Assembly: GCA_000165425.1 (NCBI GenBank)
Contig: CT868083.1
Location: 1-34,513, forward strand
From: Paramecium tetraurelia
Taxonomy: Eukaryota
Length of the DNA: 34,513 nucleotides
Direction: 5' to 3'
Part shown: positions 12,581 to 25,765 of the stretch, piece by piece
How the letters are laid out: the number at the start of each line of letters is the position of its first letter
Position numbering within the stretch: position 1 is the first letter of the stretch
Position numbers and translations under genes: made by a program
Notes under the pieces: model-generated
The model's input: the letters and a program-made list of their open reading frames with translations, nothing else
What the model was told of the DNA's origin: nothing
The model's database searches: none

Positions 12581-15500
12581 TCAGACATCATACATGAATT
12601 AAAGTATTTAATTAAACTTCTAATTTAAAAATTAATGTATCATCTCTTCCTATTGCTTTATTATCAAACACTCTTTTTTTTATTCAATAAATGCCTTAAC
12701 TTTTGCTCTCTCTTTATATATTATTTTAGAATTGTAAAGATATATCTTGTATTCCTTTTATTGAGATTCAAATGCCTTTAAATTTTCATTATTAAATGCA
12801 ATCAGAACCTACTTTTTTAATATTTCTAGTAATATAAATTATTTTGTAGTGACTACATAGGCAAACTTGTACTTAGTGATCATAAACACGAAAGTATCAA
12901 TTAACATTAAACCAGGAATTAGCTCTAAAATTATTGATCAAATATTTTACTATCTAAAATATACATTATTTCTGAGTCTTGTAACATATAATTTCTTAAT
13001 ATTTATTCTTCTCCATAAAATATTCTAGGAAGTCTTTTTCTGATTTCATTTGGTTTCTCGTCGAAAAAATTAGCTGTATTCTTAACTCCTTCGGAAGTTT
13101 TACTCACCAAATCAAGTGCACCAGTTACAGGTTTAATGACTAAGCCGGCTAAGCCTTTAGAAACTCCCTTAAAAAAACCTCCGACTCCGTCTTTTTCAGC
13201 TCCTTGATAAGGTTGAGTTACAAGCCCAGCTATTCCATAACCGACTCCAGATACAAGGCTGATCATTCCTTGCCCTAAACCGTGAACAACAGTCTTAGCT
13301 TTTTTTGAATTTTGTAATTATCTCTAATATAAATAATCATCATCCATCGATAATTATGATATGCCTGAAGCTACACTTCCAGTTATTTTGCTAACAGAAT
13401 TGAAGGTACCAGATACTACCCCTTTTGTTAAAGATCCAACTCCTTTTACTATACCTAAACCTCCTTCTAATGGTCCTTGAACAAATCCATCATATGGCAT
13501 TTCAAATAAGTCTTAAAAACCTTCTTATACATTTTCAATCAATCCAATAGGATTTCCTAACAAATCGATTGAACCTGCTAACTTGTAGAGATTAGAAAAA
13601 ATAGCATCTTTATAATTTTGTATCATTTTATTTTACAATTACTCCCAAGTTGTAAAACAATTAGTCATTGCATAACCTTTAATTGTAACGCTTACTTCAT
13701 CGCAATTTATGGCTTAACTAGCAGCTGACTTGAGATATTATTTGTTATTTCTTTTTTCCACTTTCTAAAAGGATAGTCTTAATTTAAGTGGAAAAATTTA
13801 TAAATTATCGAAAAAGCATAATTATTATTTTAAACTTTGATCCTTTTGCCATATTCTCAATTATTTCATCTTTTATTCTTCAATCCAATCTAAAGACTTT
13901 AGATAGCTTTCCAAATCACAGAATGTCCCTTCGGTAATTCTAACAGATAGAGGCTGGATGGCCAATTTTATAGTTTAAAAATAATTAATGAAATTAATTT
14001 AATGGGCCCTTTTTAATAAAACATTCATGAAAGGAATATTAGGTTTTTCATTTTACTATGTTACCAAAACAGGATATGTACATCGAAAATGCTGATTATT
14101 ATCAATTTATAAATCTTAAATTTTAATCTAAATAGTTTCTAATATATCAGCTAATTAAATAAATTCTATTTTTTAAATGGATATAGCAAGAAGTTCATCC
14201 CTCGGATGTGAATTTATGATTGATATATTTAATTTTGGTATGAGAACGCTAAATTAATTAAGAATATTATCATAATTATATTATTTGCTGTGTTACTCAC
14301 TATTGGATATAATTACTATCATTTATCTTTAGTCTAAAGAAAATTATGTATTCAAATAGAATATTTCATCATCAGCCATCTTATATTGTCGTGTTTAATC
14401 AGAATTAACTAATTCTACTTTCACAAAATCAGAAAATTATCCATTTTTATATAATTCTAAAGTTATCATTCTAGAATACCCCGGGTTATCTAGAGAATAG
14501 TCAACACTTCCACCTATTGGTAGATTTGTTTTGATATTCTCATTCAATTCTTGGATATCAGTCTAATAAAAACAAATGTCATAATTCAATTTATTTATTA
14601 TTTTATATAAAGGTTTTTGAGAGCATTCTTGCACTATTATGTATTTAATTTTATCCTCTTCCATGCAGTTAATACTTAAATAATCCATTAATTAACCTTT
14701 AGAATTTCTCAAAGGTAAATTGAGGGTTCCTTACATTTCAGCAGATATTGAACCACTACTTAGATCTTTAAGTTTGAACTTTAAATATTTCGATCCCTAA
14801 ATCTTCCTCCAAAAATATGGGAACTTAGCATCTGGCATTATAAAAATTTCTTAATTACAACGATCCTAGAATATAGATAAATTGGTTTTTAGTTTGTTGA
14901 CAATAACAATTCGCGGGTTCAGATGAATTATTTTTTTTTAACTAATATTATGTGCTAAAATTGTCTGAACATCTATTATTATATCCATATAACCTAATTC
15001 TTTTGGAATTTAAACAATAAATTAACCATTTATTTTAGTATCAATAGGTTAGGATATTTTTTCTGGGATTTATTCTTAATTGCATTACTCAAAAGTAATC
15101 AATAAATTATCCACGAAATTAACTATTTATAAACACCCATCTTCTCTTAATTTATCATCAACTTGATCAGTTATTTAAAATATTGGTTATCCAGGTTAAT
15201 AAATCAATTACTTTTATTAGTTTTGAGTATAAAAATATATATTTAATCCTAAAGAATTTTAGATAGTTAAACCGCCATCCACTCCTATTGTAATTAATCC
15301 TTCTCCATCCTATAAAGGAATTAATTATAAATTTAGCTCTAAACCAAGAAAATCTCGTATAATGAAATCTTGTATTTTAAATTAATCGTTTATCTCGATT
15401 TATTGGGATTTTTAAAATCCAGGCAACTTAATTTTAAACTTTAAACCTTTACTTAACTATGAATTTGATATTTTTAATGCTTGATTTGGTTCTATTCTAC

Positions 15501-18500
15501 AATAATCTTCAATACAAAAATATATGTCTATAGGTAACAGTAGCAAGTTTTTAAGAGCAAATGGACAAACAAATTTGAGAACACAAGGTTAAGTTTTCAG
15601 AGCAGGTTGAATAACTCTTAATACTAAGCATGGAGTATTGATAAACAGATTATAATTTCCATTTTTCAAAATAAGTTTTTATATGTCCATTCCTTAAGAC
15701 CAAACACCGTCTTTTGAATATCTGACTAAAATCATTGATTATTCATATCCTAATGGAATATACTTTTTATCATTTTGTAAAACAACTAAAATGAATTATT
15801 ATTATGTTATTTTATTTATCAATTTCAATTCTATATCTGATGAGCTATTATTTATAAATAAAATATCTGAACTAATAGTCAGGATTTTTTATTAATCTAA
15901 AGTTTCAATTCTAATTAAAATTTAGGTCGATTTATTAAGCATTCCTATCTTGTACTCAATTTGTCTTGATTCATCCTTATTTCTCGAAAAGTTTAAATTG
16001 TTTATTTCTTTAAAAATGGTTGAAGGAGATCTTATAAATATTGAAAGCACCCTTTTCTCCATGTTTTCAGCATATTTTAATGCAAATTATTAATATGCGG
16101 CAACGACTACGGTTACAATTTTCTTTTATGTTTTATTAATTATTGTTAGTTCAATTTCATACCCTGTTTAATTATCAACAATATAAGGAGACATCAAAAC
16201 TACTTTTTCTATGGCCGATTGTGCAATGGAACTATTTCTAGAAATTCTAGACGGAGAGCGCTGCTTCCTTTAAATACTTTATTCAACACTTTTAATAGAT
16301 TACCTCCATCTCTTATGTAATTCTAACAATTATTTAATATTTTCTCTTGTGAAATTGATATTCATTGGTAATTCACTTGCTTCATTAACAACAATTGAAG
16401 TGAAATTTTATGGGTTGCCCTTAGAATCTTTCGAATGATCACTTAATATAACTAAGGGCTCAATAAAAGGTTCCCAAGCACCAATATCTAAATTAAAAAA
16501 TTATGCTTGAAACACAGTTTGTTAATTCATAATATACTTTCTTCTTTTTGTAACACTCATCTGATAATCTTTAATAATAAATTAAAATAAAGGAACAGGA
16601 CTTTCAATAAAAGATACTAAGACTATATCTGCCTAATATACTTAAACATTGACTAAAAGTAACTTCTCTTCTTATTATTATTTTAATTTTATTGGTTTTT
16701 ATGATTCAATTTGCTGCTTTTAAAATAAATATGTTGCAAAAATAGGTGTAAGATCTTCATATGAAACTTATATATTTAAATTCTCGATTGAAATATCAAG
16801 TTATTATTAGCTTTCCTTTTCAGTTAATCCTACATACGCAAACATAGGTAAAACGACATGTCTTTTCACTACATCACTGAAATTATGCACAAGCAACTCG
16901 CTTTCTGAACATAAAAATACTTCAAAATTTGAGATTGTTACCTTTTATGAAGTACTATCCTTATTCTTTTCCAAAATATAATTAATCCCTCCCCTAGTTA
17001 CTAGGTTATCATTAGAATTTTCATTTGGATATGTAATAATTCCTTTCCAATTTATCATTGTGACAGATTTTTTAAAACTCTAGTTATCTTAAGGAAAATT
17101 ATCCTCATCTATATCAATAAAATTTAAAATTTCAAAAAATGCTCTACTATACGCAAAACATACAGTATTTTCGAAATCAATAATTAATTCTTTCGAATCT
17201 TCTGATATTAGATAATCTATTTTTAATTCATAACCTGTAATTTATTATGTTTTTTCTGTTTTTTCTGTTCTAAATATAGTTTCGGTTAGGGCTTCGTAAG
17301 ATTGATAAAAATTTTATCTCAACTTTACTTTAATATTTTCAGCATCTTAACTTCCAACTAGAAAGATATTATATTAATTAGTTATAAATTTCTGGCAGTA
17401 CATATTAATAATTTTTTTTAAATTCTGAGTTAGAAATGTCTCAAATTAGGTTTATTTAAATTATAATTCAATCCCCGAATCTACTAGTTTAAGTTTAAGG
17501 TTTTCAAAATAAATTAGAGCTCTAATTTCTATTGGATTAAATTTTGAGTAAATGTGATAATCATGTATAAAATATTAATCTTGCTTATCATTTGTTAAGA
17601 AATTAAATGATAAAATTGTTATGAATAGTTAAAATTCTTTTTTTGTTAGTTCTATTTCTAATTGAGGCATAAAACCTTTAACTTCATAATAGTTTCTTAA
17701 GTTAATACTAAATAACTCTTTGACTTCATTCTCAAATAGCAATTTTTTCAAATTAAGTTGGAAAGTATTTTTTTTAGAGATAATTTAATTATTGATTGTT
17801 AATTCTATATTTTTTATAATTAATTTACCTTAATCTACCCAAATAGGTAGATTTATTTCTTTCATATTACATCTTTCAGGTTCAAGAATTTGAGAATTAG
17901 AATATACTAAATTATTAATTATACAAGTTAACTTATCAGCATCTTAATATTACTTTCGCAAATTTATTATTACATCTTTCAATCTATATTCTTATATCAT
18001 AAATTATGGATTCATAAAGCAATTAAACAATTATTCAATAGTTCCGCAGACGAGTTTTGGCTTCTCTTTTCCATCATTTATAATCAATTAAGAAGGATTA
18101 AATATAAGTTAAAGAATTTAATTCAAAAAATAATTTACAAATCTGTTCAATTATTAATGCTAATATTCTAAAACAACTTTATTAATAGAGCAAATATTAA
18201 AAGTAGTGGTGATTTCATTTTAATCTTAAAAATAGTCCTTATTATAATTAGCGTATTGATATGATATTTCATCAAGGTTCACTATTTCAAATGGGTGATA
18301 TTATTGTAATGTAAAAGGGTAATTAGTAACATCGAAAACTCTTAGTTCTCTTAATTTACCACTCATAAATTTGGAATTTTAAGTAAATTCTACTTCATGT
18401 GTTAAATCGCATGCCTATATATACCCTAAAAGCACATGCGATTACCTATGTACTAAGTTGACTTTGGCTTGCTCTATTTTTACTTCCATGATTTATACAG

Positions 18501-21500
18501 ATTCAATTGAGAAACTAGTAAATAATTATTGAATTTAACTGATATTTTCTTCAACCGCTTTTTTCGAAATTATCTTGCTTATAATTTCAGAAAATTTGTT
18601 GTTATAACATCTTTGAGATTATTAACTTAGTAATTAATCTAATTTATGCTAAAGTATCTAATCACTAGATTCTCCTTATAAGACTAAAGAAGCTTCTTCA
18701 TCTTCTAAGTTAATAGCATCAATTCCAAAAGCCTTTGTGCCTAATTTGCTTAATTATTAAATGGATAAGTAACTATCAGGTTTCCAATTTAGAATAAATT
18801 ATCCTATATTTAACTTTGTTTATGAAAAATTATGCTCAATTGTATTTTCAATGGTAAGAAATGCATCCTTATATTCTGGATCTTTCCTTATTAAAAATTA
18901 AAGATCAGGATTATCAAATTTATACACCTAATCTATAATTTCTAGATCTCCTAAAATTATTGTATTATCAAATCTATTTGTTTGCTTATGTGATTTATAA
19001 AATACATCCTCTAATTTTAGAGAGTAAAGGCATTCATTTTCTTTTATTAGTTTTAAATCAAAGAGTGATAATTTTAGTTAAATTTACATCAAGGATTAGT
19101 CCACTAAAGTATTTTAAACACTTTCGTCATCCTTAAATTCATCGAGCATATTTGTCAACTCTTTTGTCAAATTCTCATCTATTTTTAAATACCAAGTTTG
19201 ATTGTTAGATAAAACCATACATTCTTAATTTTCAATTAATGTAGCTCCTTTTAATAAGATTCTATCTTCCCATTTTAAATCATGTTCCTTCTAATAAGAG
19301 TATAAATATGATCCTGAAACAACTGAGTATCTTTTGGCCCACAAATAATTTATTTTCTTGATTAGTTCCCCCTTATAATTAGAATTTTTTAATATTTATT
19401 CTTTCTCTTTTGTTAATTTTTTTAATTTTTCCTCTTCACTTTTTTCAGGATAAATTAGTTTATCTAAAGTTGATATTTCCTTCTGAATTTTTTCTGTTAG
19501 AGTAATTGAAACAGGCGGTATTATACCACTTAAGATAAGCCTCGGCTTTTCAGGATGTTCCAAGGCTCCTTTCATTCTTTCTAGAGAAAATTAAAGGGAT
19601 AAATTTTACAGAATGTCTAGCTAATTAGACTTTAAATTAAGATTTGTTATTGAGAGGGTGTAATAATCATAATACTTTGAATCTTTTTCACTTTATATGC
19701 TTAGGTTACCCAAATCAAAAATAATATTATTTAAAATTATTCTGGGGCTAGCTATTAAAATGAATAGTTCTAACCTGTATGAACTGTTCATTACTTAATC
19801 GAACCTGATTGCAGTTTGATTGCTCACTTTATTTAATTTTTCTTAAGCAGCTATTTGTACAACATTCTCTTCTACCCCTTCAATATCAAAAAAATTATTC
19901 CATTTTCTTATTATTTCATTATTGTATGTACATTCAATTGGTTCGACCTAAATCATTATTGATGCATCTTCTTCAAAGTGTTTTGGATTTTTTTTAAAGT
20001 GAATTTTTAGAAATTAATCTATCTTATTCATATCATTTTATTTATAGCAAAATGGTTATGCATCATCTTTGATTATTAAATCCAAATTTAAACTTTACAA
20101 TTTAAAAATGACATCATAACTTTCATCCACGCGAGTTTCAGAGGAACACTACATTCCTGAAAAAAATATTTACAATCCATCTCCTTTATTCTCAATTTTT
20201 AACTTACCTTTATTTAATTATAAGGAAAATTTATATTCTATTGATTCATCTGGTCTATTCATAACTTTTTTCCTTTCTTCTTAAAATATTTAATCAATTT
20301 ATCTATTAATTGCCACAATTTCATCTTCATCTAAATAAATATCTTAAGCTTATTTTTTATCAGACTTCCACCATGCAGTCTCTTTTTTTATTTTATCAGT
20401 TGTTGCTTTAGTAATCCTGGCTTCCTTTATTAGTTATCTAGCAGAAATTTAAACCCAATCTAGTAATAAATTGTATTCCACACACCTTATAATTTGATAA
20501 AAATTATCCTTCTCTGTTTAATCTAAATTAGATAAACCATGCTATTAAACTTTTGGAAATAATATAACAAAGTTCTATTAATAATAATTTGTTTCAGAAA
20601 CTTTGCTGAGTTATTTTTTTCTTTGTAACCATAAAAGTTTAGAATATTTAGAACATTATTCAAAAAAATGTACAAATTGTTGAAACTGCATTTATTGAAC
20701 TATAAGGTTTATTTCATCTAAATATAATTACATATTCTTTAAAGCTTCTTAAGTATTTTCTTCATTTTAAACTACTTTCATTTCAGCATTTATTACAATG
20801 ATAAAATTGCAGTATTCTTTTGCCTCTAAATTTTATTTTAAAATTCTTTCTTCCATAAATTTATTATAATCCACAATATCATCTTCACTTTTTATATTCC
20901 AATAAATGGCTAAGTTTTTCAATTAAAATAGCTTATTCATACTAGCATTTTAACACTCTGTCCTATCTATGTAGCTTCTTTGCCAATTCTGATTTGTAGT
21001 GAAAACATCAAGCATCTCTAAAGTGATACCCCAGTTATAAATTGCTTCATATCGAATATGGATATTCACAATTTTCAATTAAATATTATCCATTATTTTT
21101 AAAGCCATTTTATCTAAATAACCTTTGTCTTTTTCATCACTTTTTTTTTTCTTAATTCCTCTTTTTAAACATTTTTAACAATAGTTTGTTAATCCTTCAA
21201 CTTTTTTTATCAATACTGTATTATCATCAAAGTCCCATTCAGGAAGTGGAATCAATGTTACAAAAACATTTTCAATTGTGATTTCGACAGGCGCGCTAGT
21301 AATTTTCTTCCAAGGTATTTTAATTGTTAATTTCCCAACACTGCTTCTCCCTAGTTTTATTGGTAACTCCAACATCTCAATAATATCAGGTTTTAGATTA
21401 ACATTTTCTATAATCATATTTCCACTCCAAACTCCCAACTTTAAATTATTCTTATCCAAACCACTTATAAATTTCCCAAAATATTAAATCAATACTTTTT

Positions 21501-21519
21501 CTAATATTTTTTCAAACAT
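12581..21519 (-). CDS. VPS13: VPS13 bridge-like lipid transfer protein (close to 3000 aa)
   Basis: Chorein-N start MFEKILEKVLIQYFGKFISGLDKNNLKLGVWSGNMIIENVNLK...GKLTIKIPWKKI. Internal FNLDIGAWEPFIEP and PYIVDNQTG. Gly-rich ATG2_C-like region LLGNPIGL...QPYQGAEKDGVGGFFKGVSKGLAGLVIKPVTGALDL. Intron at 12925-12950. TGA at 12583-12581. Confidence 0.96.
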
Positions 21520-21546
21520 TTCTAATGATCTGAAATTAATATTAAT

Positions 21547-22248
21547 ATGGAATAAGAATTTATATTATAATAAATATTTCTTTTAAGGCCAAAGCCTTCT
21601 TTTGAAAGATCATTGTCGAATAATTCAAACTTAATTTAATGTATATTGAGTTAATAGAAAAACAGAACTATTCCAGAATTTCAAACAACAATATGTTCTT
21701 CAGATAATTTTGATATGAGGATCATTAGAATGCGGGAATTATGCTCCCTATTTGCAAGCAATTTAAAAATTATCAAATTACAACGAATTAGACGACGTTA
21801 TATAGCATTATATAACATTGAAAAGCAATTCCAATTTAATAGTAATTAAGAATATCCCGTGAAGCCTTTGGCCTTAATTAATAAAAAAATGATTTAAACA
21901 AATTATGTCTCGAACCTTACGAATTCTACTTTCTATTTTATCAAATTAATTGTTCAATATTAGATAAGTTCAAATTATGTAAAGAGATTCCTCAATACAA
22001 CAAAAAAAAAGGTAAAAAATAAATTGATTGTTAGAGTATGTTAATATTATGCAGAAGAAATTATTAGCTTATGTAATAGTCTCAAATACTATTCTAAACA
22101 AAATTATTAACATTTATAATTATATAATTATGAGCAAATTTTTTATAATATATTGTGTAATATATTATGTTTTGATTCCAAAAAAAAAAATTTATAATTT
22201 TCTATAATAAATTCTAATTTTAAATTACATAATATTTTCTTGCATTGA
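21547..22248 (+). CDS. Hypothetical ORF divergent from VPS13
   Basis: TGA-free frame from ATG 21547 (MEQEFILQQIFLLRPKPSFERSLS...) to 22248. A possible intron at 22012-22034 would end it near 22132. No homology recognised, and long ORFs arise easily when there is only one stop codon. Confidence 0.35.
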
Positions 22249-23051
22249 AACTTTTTATTTTTCGAGATTAAAACTTCATAGAATTCTAGTTTCAGTTAAT
22301 CATTTATAATTACACTTTATGCATTTCTACATTCATCCCTTTTTTGAAAGCAGTCTAATTTTGAGTAGTATAGGAAAATTAATCTTCGGTAAATATAAGT
22401 CATCAACTCTAACAATCGAAAATTAAGAATTTACAAAATAAAACTCAAATTTGATGCAGAGATAATCTGAAAATAAAAAAAATTTACATAAAACCTCAAA
22501 GCAGCCCTTTTTTTTTGATAATTTTTGATATTAATTTTGGTCAGCCAATCACACCTGAAATTTGTCTAAAAAAAAAACAGAAAAGTTCCAAACATATGTA
22601 AAATTTAGTAAATACTATTTATGGAAAAGAAGTGGAGGATATTTACAGGATTCCTAAAGTGAATAATGTCTCATACACAGAACCAGAAATTTTGACCATG
22701 CATAAATATTGAATAATTTATCAATTTTAGAATTCCTTAGCCATTTCTAATTAGACAAAATAAAGTTAAAGACAAAACCGTTTTTATGAATGGTAGTTAA
22801 AGATTAATAGCTTCAAATTATTCATATCCCAAATTAGAAACTTTAAGAATACTTTTTGAAACACTTTCTGTATCTTATTAGTTGAATATCCTCAATACCC
22901 TAAATGTGAATAAGAACAAACTCAAATACAAATGTTTCAGCAAGCCTATCATGGTCTTGGTAAAAAAATATCCCACTACAAGAATAAGGGAATTAGTATC
23001 CAAAATATTAACTTGTCTCAGAAGTCTAAGATTGAATGGGAAACAACACTG

Positions 23052-25390
23052 ACTGTTTTGGCACTTGAGATTCAAACTGGATTCTCATCAATAAAAAGTA
23101 AGTTAGTTATAACACAATATTATATAGAAAACCAGTTACTTTTTCATTTTATAAAGATAACCTATTATTTCTAATATTTTTAACCAAAATGGCATCTGTT
23201 GGATGGCTAATTGCATTACCAAGCACAATTGAAGGTATAAAAATTGGAGCAATTACTATTTTTTGATTTATCGTAAATTCCTTTGAATTAGTTCAGTGCC
23301 TCCAGCTCTGCCTACATGTTTATTAAATGGAGTTTCTTTTGCTTTGGCAAGAAAGTAAAAGAGGAAGATCCATTGTATCTCACCTAACAAAGCTATACTA
23401 AACCAAGCATCTCATCGATAATGTTGCAGGAAAGATAACAATAATGTGCCTTGATAAACTGGTACTTTAACCTAAAATAGACTAGATTTAATTGAAGTTA
23501 GATAATAATTAAATCTAAAAATGATAGAAAAACAAAAGCTCAAAATAGATGACTTAATAATTAATATCAATGATTTAAATATCGATGATAAGTCAGTTGT
23601 GCTTGATGATTCAAATGTAGCATTTAATGAATTAAAGAGAACACCAAAGTAAGTTTTATAAGACATTATGGCATCATGTTATAGTTTAGCAACTGTTAAC
23701 AATAATTTGATTGGAGATCCTCTAAAAACTAAGATGTTTTAAGCCACTTAATATAAACTAGCTGATATCAATTCTTTTATTTATTCTCAGGATGGTAGCT
23801 AAATAAAATACTCAAAAGATTTGAATTCTCATCAACTCTATAAAGAATGAGTCTGAGTGTAGAAAAAGATGGAGAATTGAAATCCTATGTTAAAGGGTCA
23901 CCTGAAAAGTTAAGGGAATTGATTAAGTAGCAAAGTGTACCATCAAGTTTTTATAAACTTCTGGATTTCTACTCAAAATTAGTAATTAGAATATTAGCTT
24001 ATGGAGCAAAAACATTATCAAAGAATCAAATCATAATGATGTGGAATCTAATCTCACTTTTATTGGGTTATTAATCATGTACAATATATTGAAATCAGCT
24101 ACAACAAAGATTATATAAATACTTTAAGATGGATGTATAAGGACTATTATGGTCCTGGGAGATAATGTTCTAACAGCTATTTCAGGTGCCAGATAATGTT
24201 CTATAATTTAACCTAACTAAAGTATATTCTTAGGGGATATTAGAGAGGAGAAAATCAATGGGAAGAATTAAATTGTATGGAAAGATTTTGATATGAGTGA
24301 TAATGTACTCAATCCAGAAAATCTATCTCCAAAATTATTTGGAATTAATTATCAATGAAAGATTAATAGACTTTAGAAATTGCTTTAAATGAGGAGATTA
24401 TCATTAAACTTCTTATGATAAAAAATCAATATCTAGGAGATCTTAATAGTTACAAAAAAGCAAATTTCAATCTTTTTTAAAAGAGAAGCAACTAATTCTA
24501 GAAAATTTAGATCATTTGATTGATGATCAGGATCTATGGGAAAACCAAAGAGCCCTTCGTTATTGCCATCTCAGGAAAACTTTTTAATTGCTAACCAAAT
24601 AAATTGACAAAAATCCAACAGTTCGAAAGGTTTTTGGTAAATTCTTAAAAAGGTCATAAATATTTGCAAGAATGAAACCTGAACAAAAGTCTTAATTGAA
24701 TACAGATCTACAAAAAATTAGTAGAATAGCATTATGCGGAATGTGTGGAGATGGAGCCAATGATTGTGGAGCTTTAAAACTGTAGATGTTGGCATATCTC
24801 TATCTGAAGTTGAAGCCTCTATTGCTGCTCCATTCACATCGAAAATTTAAGACATTTCTTGACTTGTTAAATTATTGAGGGAAGGAAGAGCTTCTTTGAT
24901 TACAAGTTTTCAATGCTTTAAATATATGGCATTACTTGCGCTTTGTTCTATTTAATTTTAGCCAAGAATTCAGACTTTCAGTTACTGTACATTGATTTAG
25001 TCTTAATTATAATTCTAGCCTTTAATATGGGTAAGACTAAAGCGTATAAACATTGACATAATTTTAGCCAGTCTCAAGTTTACTCTCATTTCCTGTTTTA
25101 ATGTCTGTTATTGGGCAAACTATTATTCAATTATAATTCCAATATATTTTTATTTTACATTACGTATGGTATTTGAGTAATTTAACAATTCATGAAGGAA
25201 ATACTAATGATCGTTATGCAATGATGATCAATTATGAAAATACTGTAATTTATTTAATTATTTAATTTAGAGTTTATACTTATATTCAAGCTTCCAATAC
25301 ATATTTTAATGCATTTCATTTTCAATGGGAAAACCATTTAGAAGAGAATTTATACAAATTTTGGATTTACTTGTATTTTGATTATTTTAT
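23052..25390 (+). pseudogene. 5'-truncated, decayed P5B-type ATPase (ATP13A2-5/Ypk9-like)
   Basis: Motifs QTGFSS, VPPALP (23299-23313), broken DK-TGTLT (23453-23472), MASCYSL..LIGDPL, FEFSSTLQRMS, VKGSPE, GDNVLTAIS, IFARMKPEQK, CGDGANDCGALK, EASIAAPFTS, LLREGRASLITSFQCFKYMAL, GKPFRR. Several frameshifts, in-frame TGA at 24860-24862, internal deletions. No recognisable N-terminal/A-domain start. Confidence 0.88.
23394..23420. other. TA-bounded 25-bp insertion (candidate retained IES) in the P5B pseudogene
   Basis: TA(23394-5)...TA(23419-20). Removing the segment and leaving one TA restores CISPNKANVAGKITIMC in frame. Confidence 0.5.
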
Positions 25391-25765
25391 TTAAAATAAA
25401 TTTTTATTTAAAATCCTGATCGAAGTAATTGAATCTCTCATTTTGTGTTTCATAATTTAATATTTTATTTATTGCTTAATTAATTTCTAAATAATATATT
25501 ATATATATAAAGGTAAGTCAATATAATTATAATAATTCTCCAATCCTTATTTATATCGCTTTAATACTCCAAATCTAATTTTTATCAGGAAATCATCTCT
25601 AACAAGTCAACTTAATCAAATTCATTGGCTTTATTTTTAAGCTCATTAGCTATTTTCATTTCTATAATTTAAAAAATTTAAACAATATTTTCTTATTGGA
25701 ATTACGAATTCTGTTAATAAATTAGAAATTAAATTCAATTTCGATATTTATTTGTTGAATTATTT

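Noticed and set aside
5804..23666. Track ORFs 5804-6004(-), 19809-19997(+), 21278-21487(+), 22878-23075(-) and 23472-23666(-)
   Set aside because: They are computed with the wrong genetic code and most lie antisense to well-supported genes or the pseudogene. None has a recognisable motif.
23453..24785. Programmed ribosomal frameshifting at AAA runs in the ATPase
   Set aside because: Euplotes-type shifting needs AAA followed by a stop, whereas TAA/TAG are Gln here. The gene also carries nonsense and deletion lesions.
24925..24940. Deletion after FKYMAL joined at a TA (possible cryptic IES excision)
   Set aside because: The missing stretch appears to be only about 22 nt by comparison with the usual P5 motif, below IES size, and TA is frequent by chance.
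3423..25390. Apparent cluster of membrane-trafficking genes (TVP15-like, DENND6, VPS13, P5B ATPase)
   Set aside because: They are interleaved with APC1 and a kinase and lie on mixed strands. Such genes are common and ciliates have no operon precedent, so chance is sufficient.
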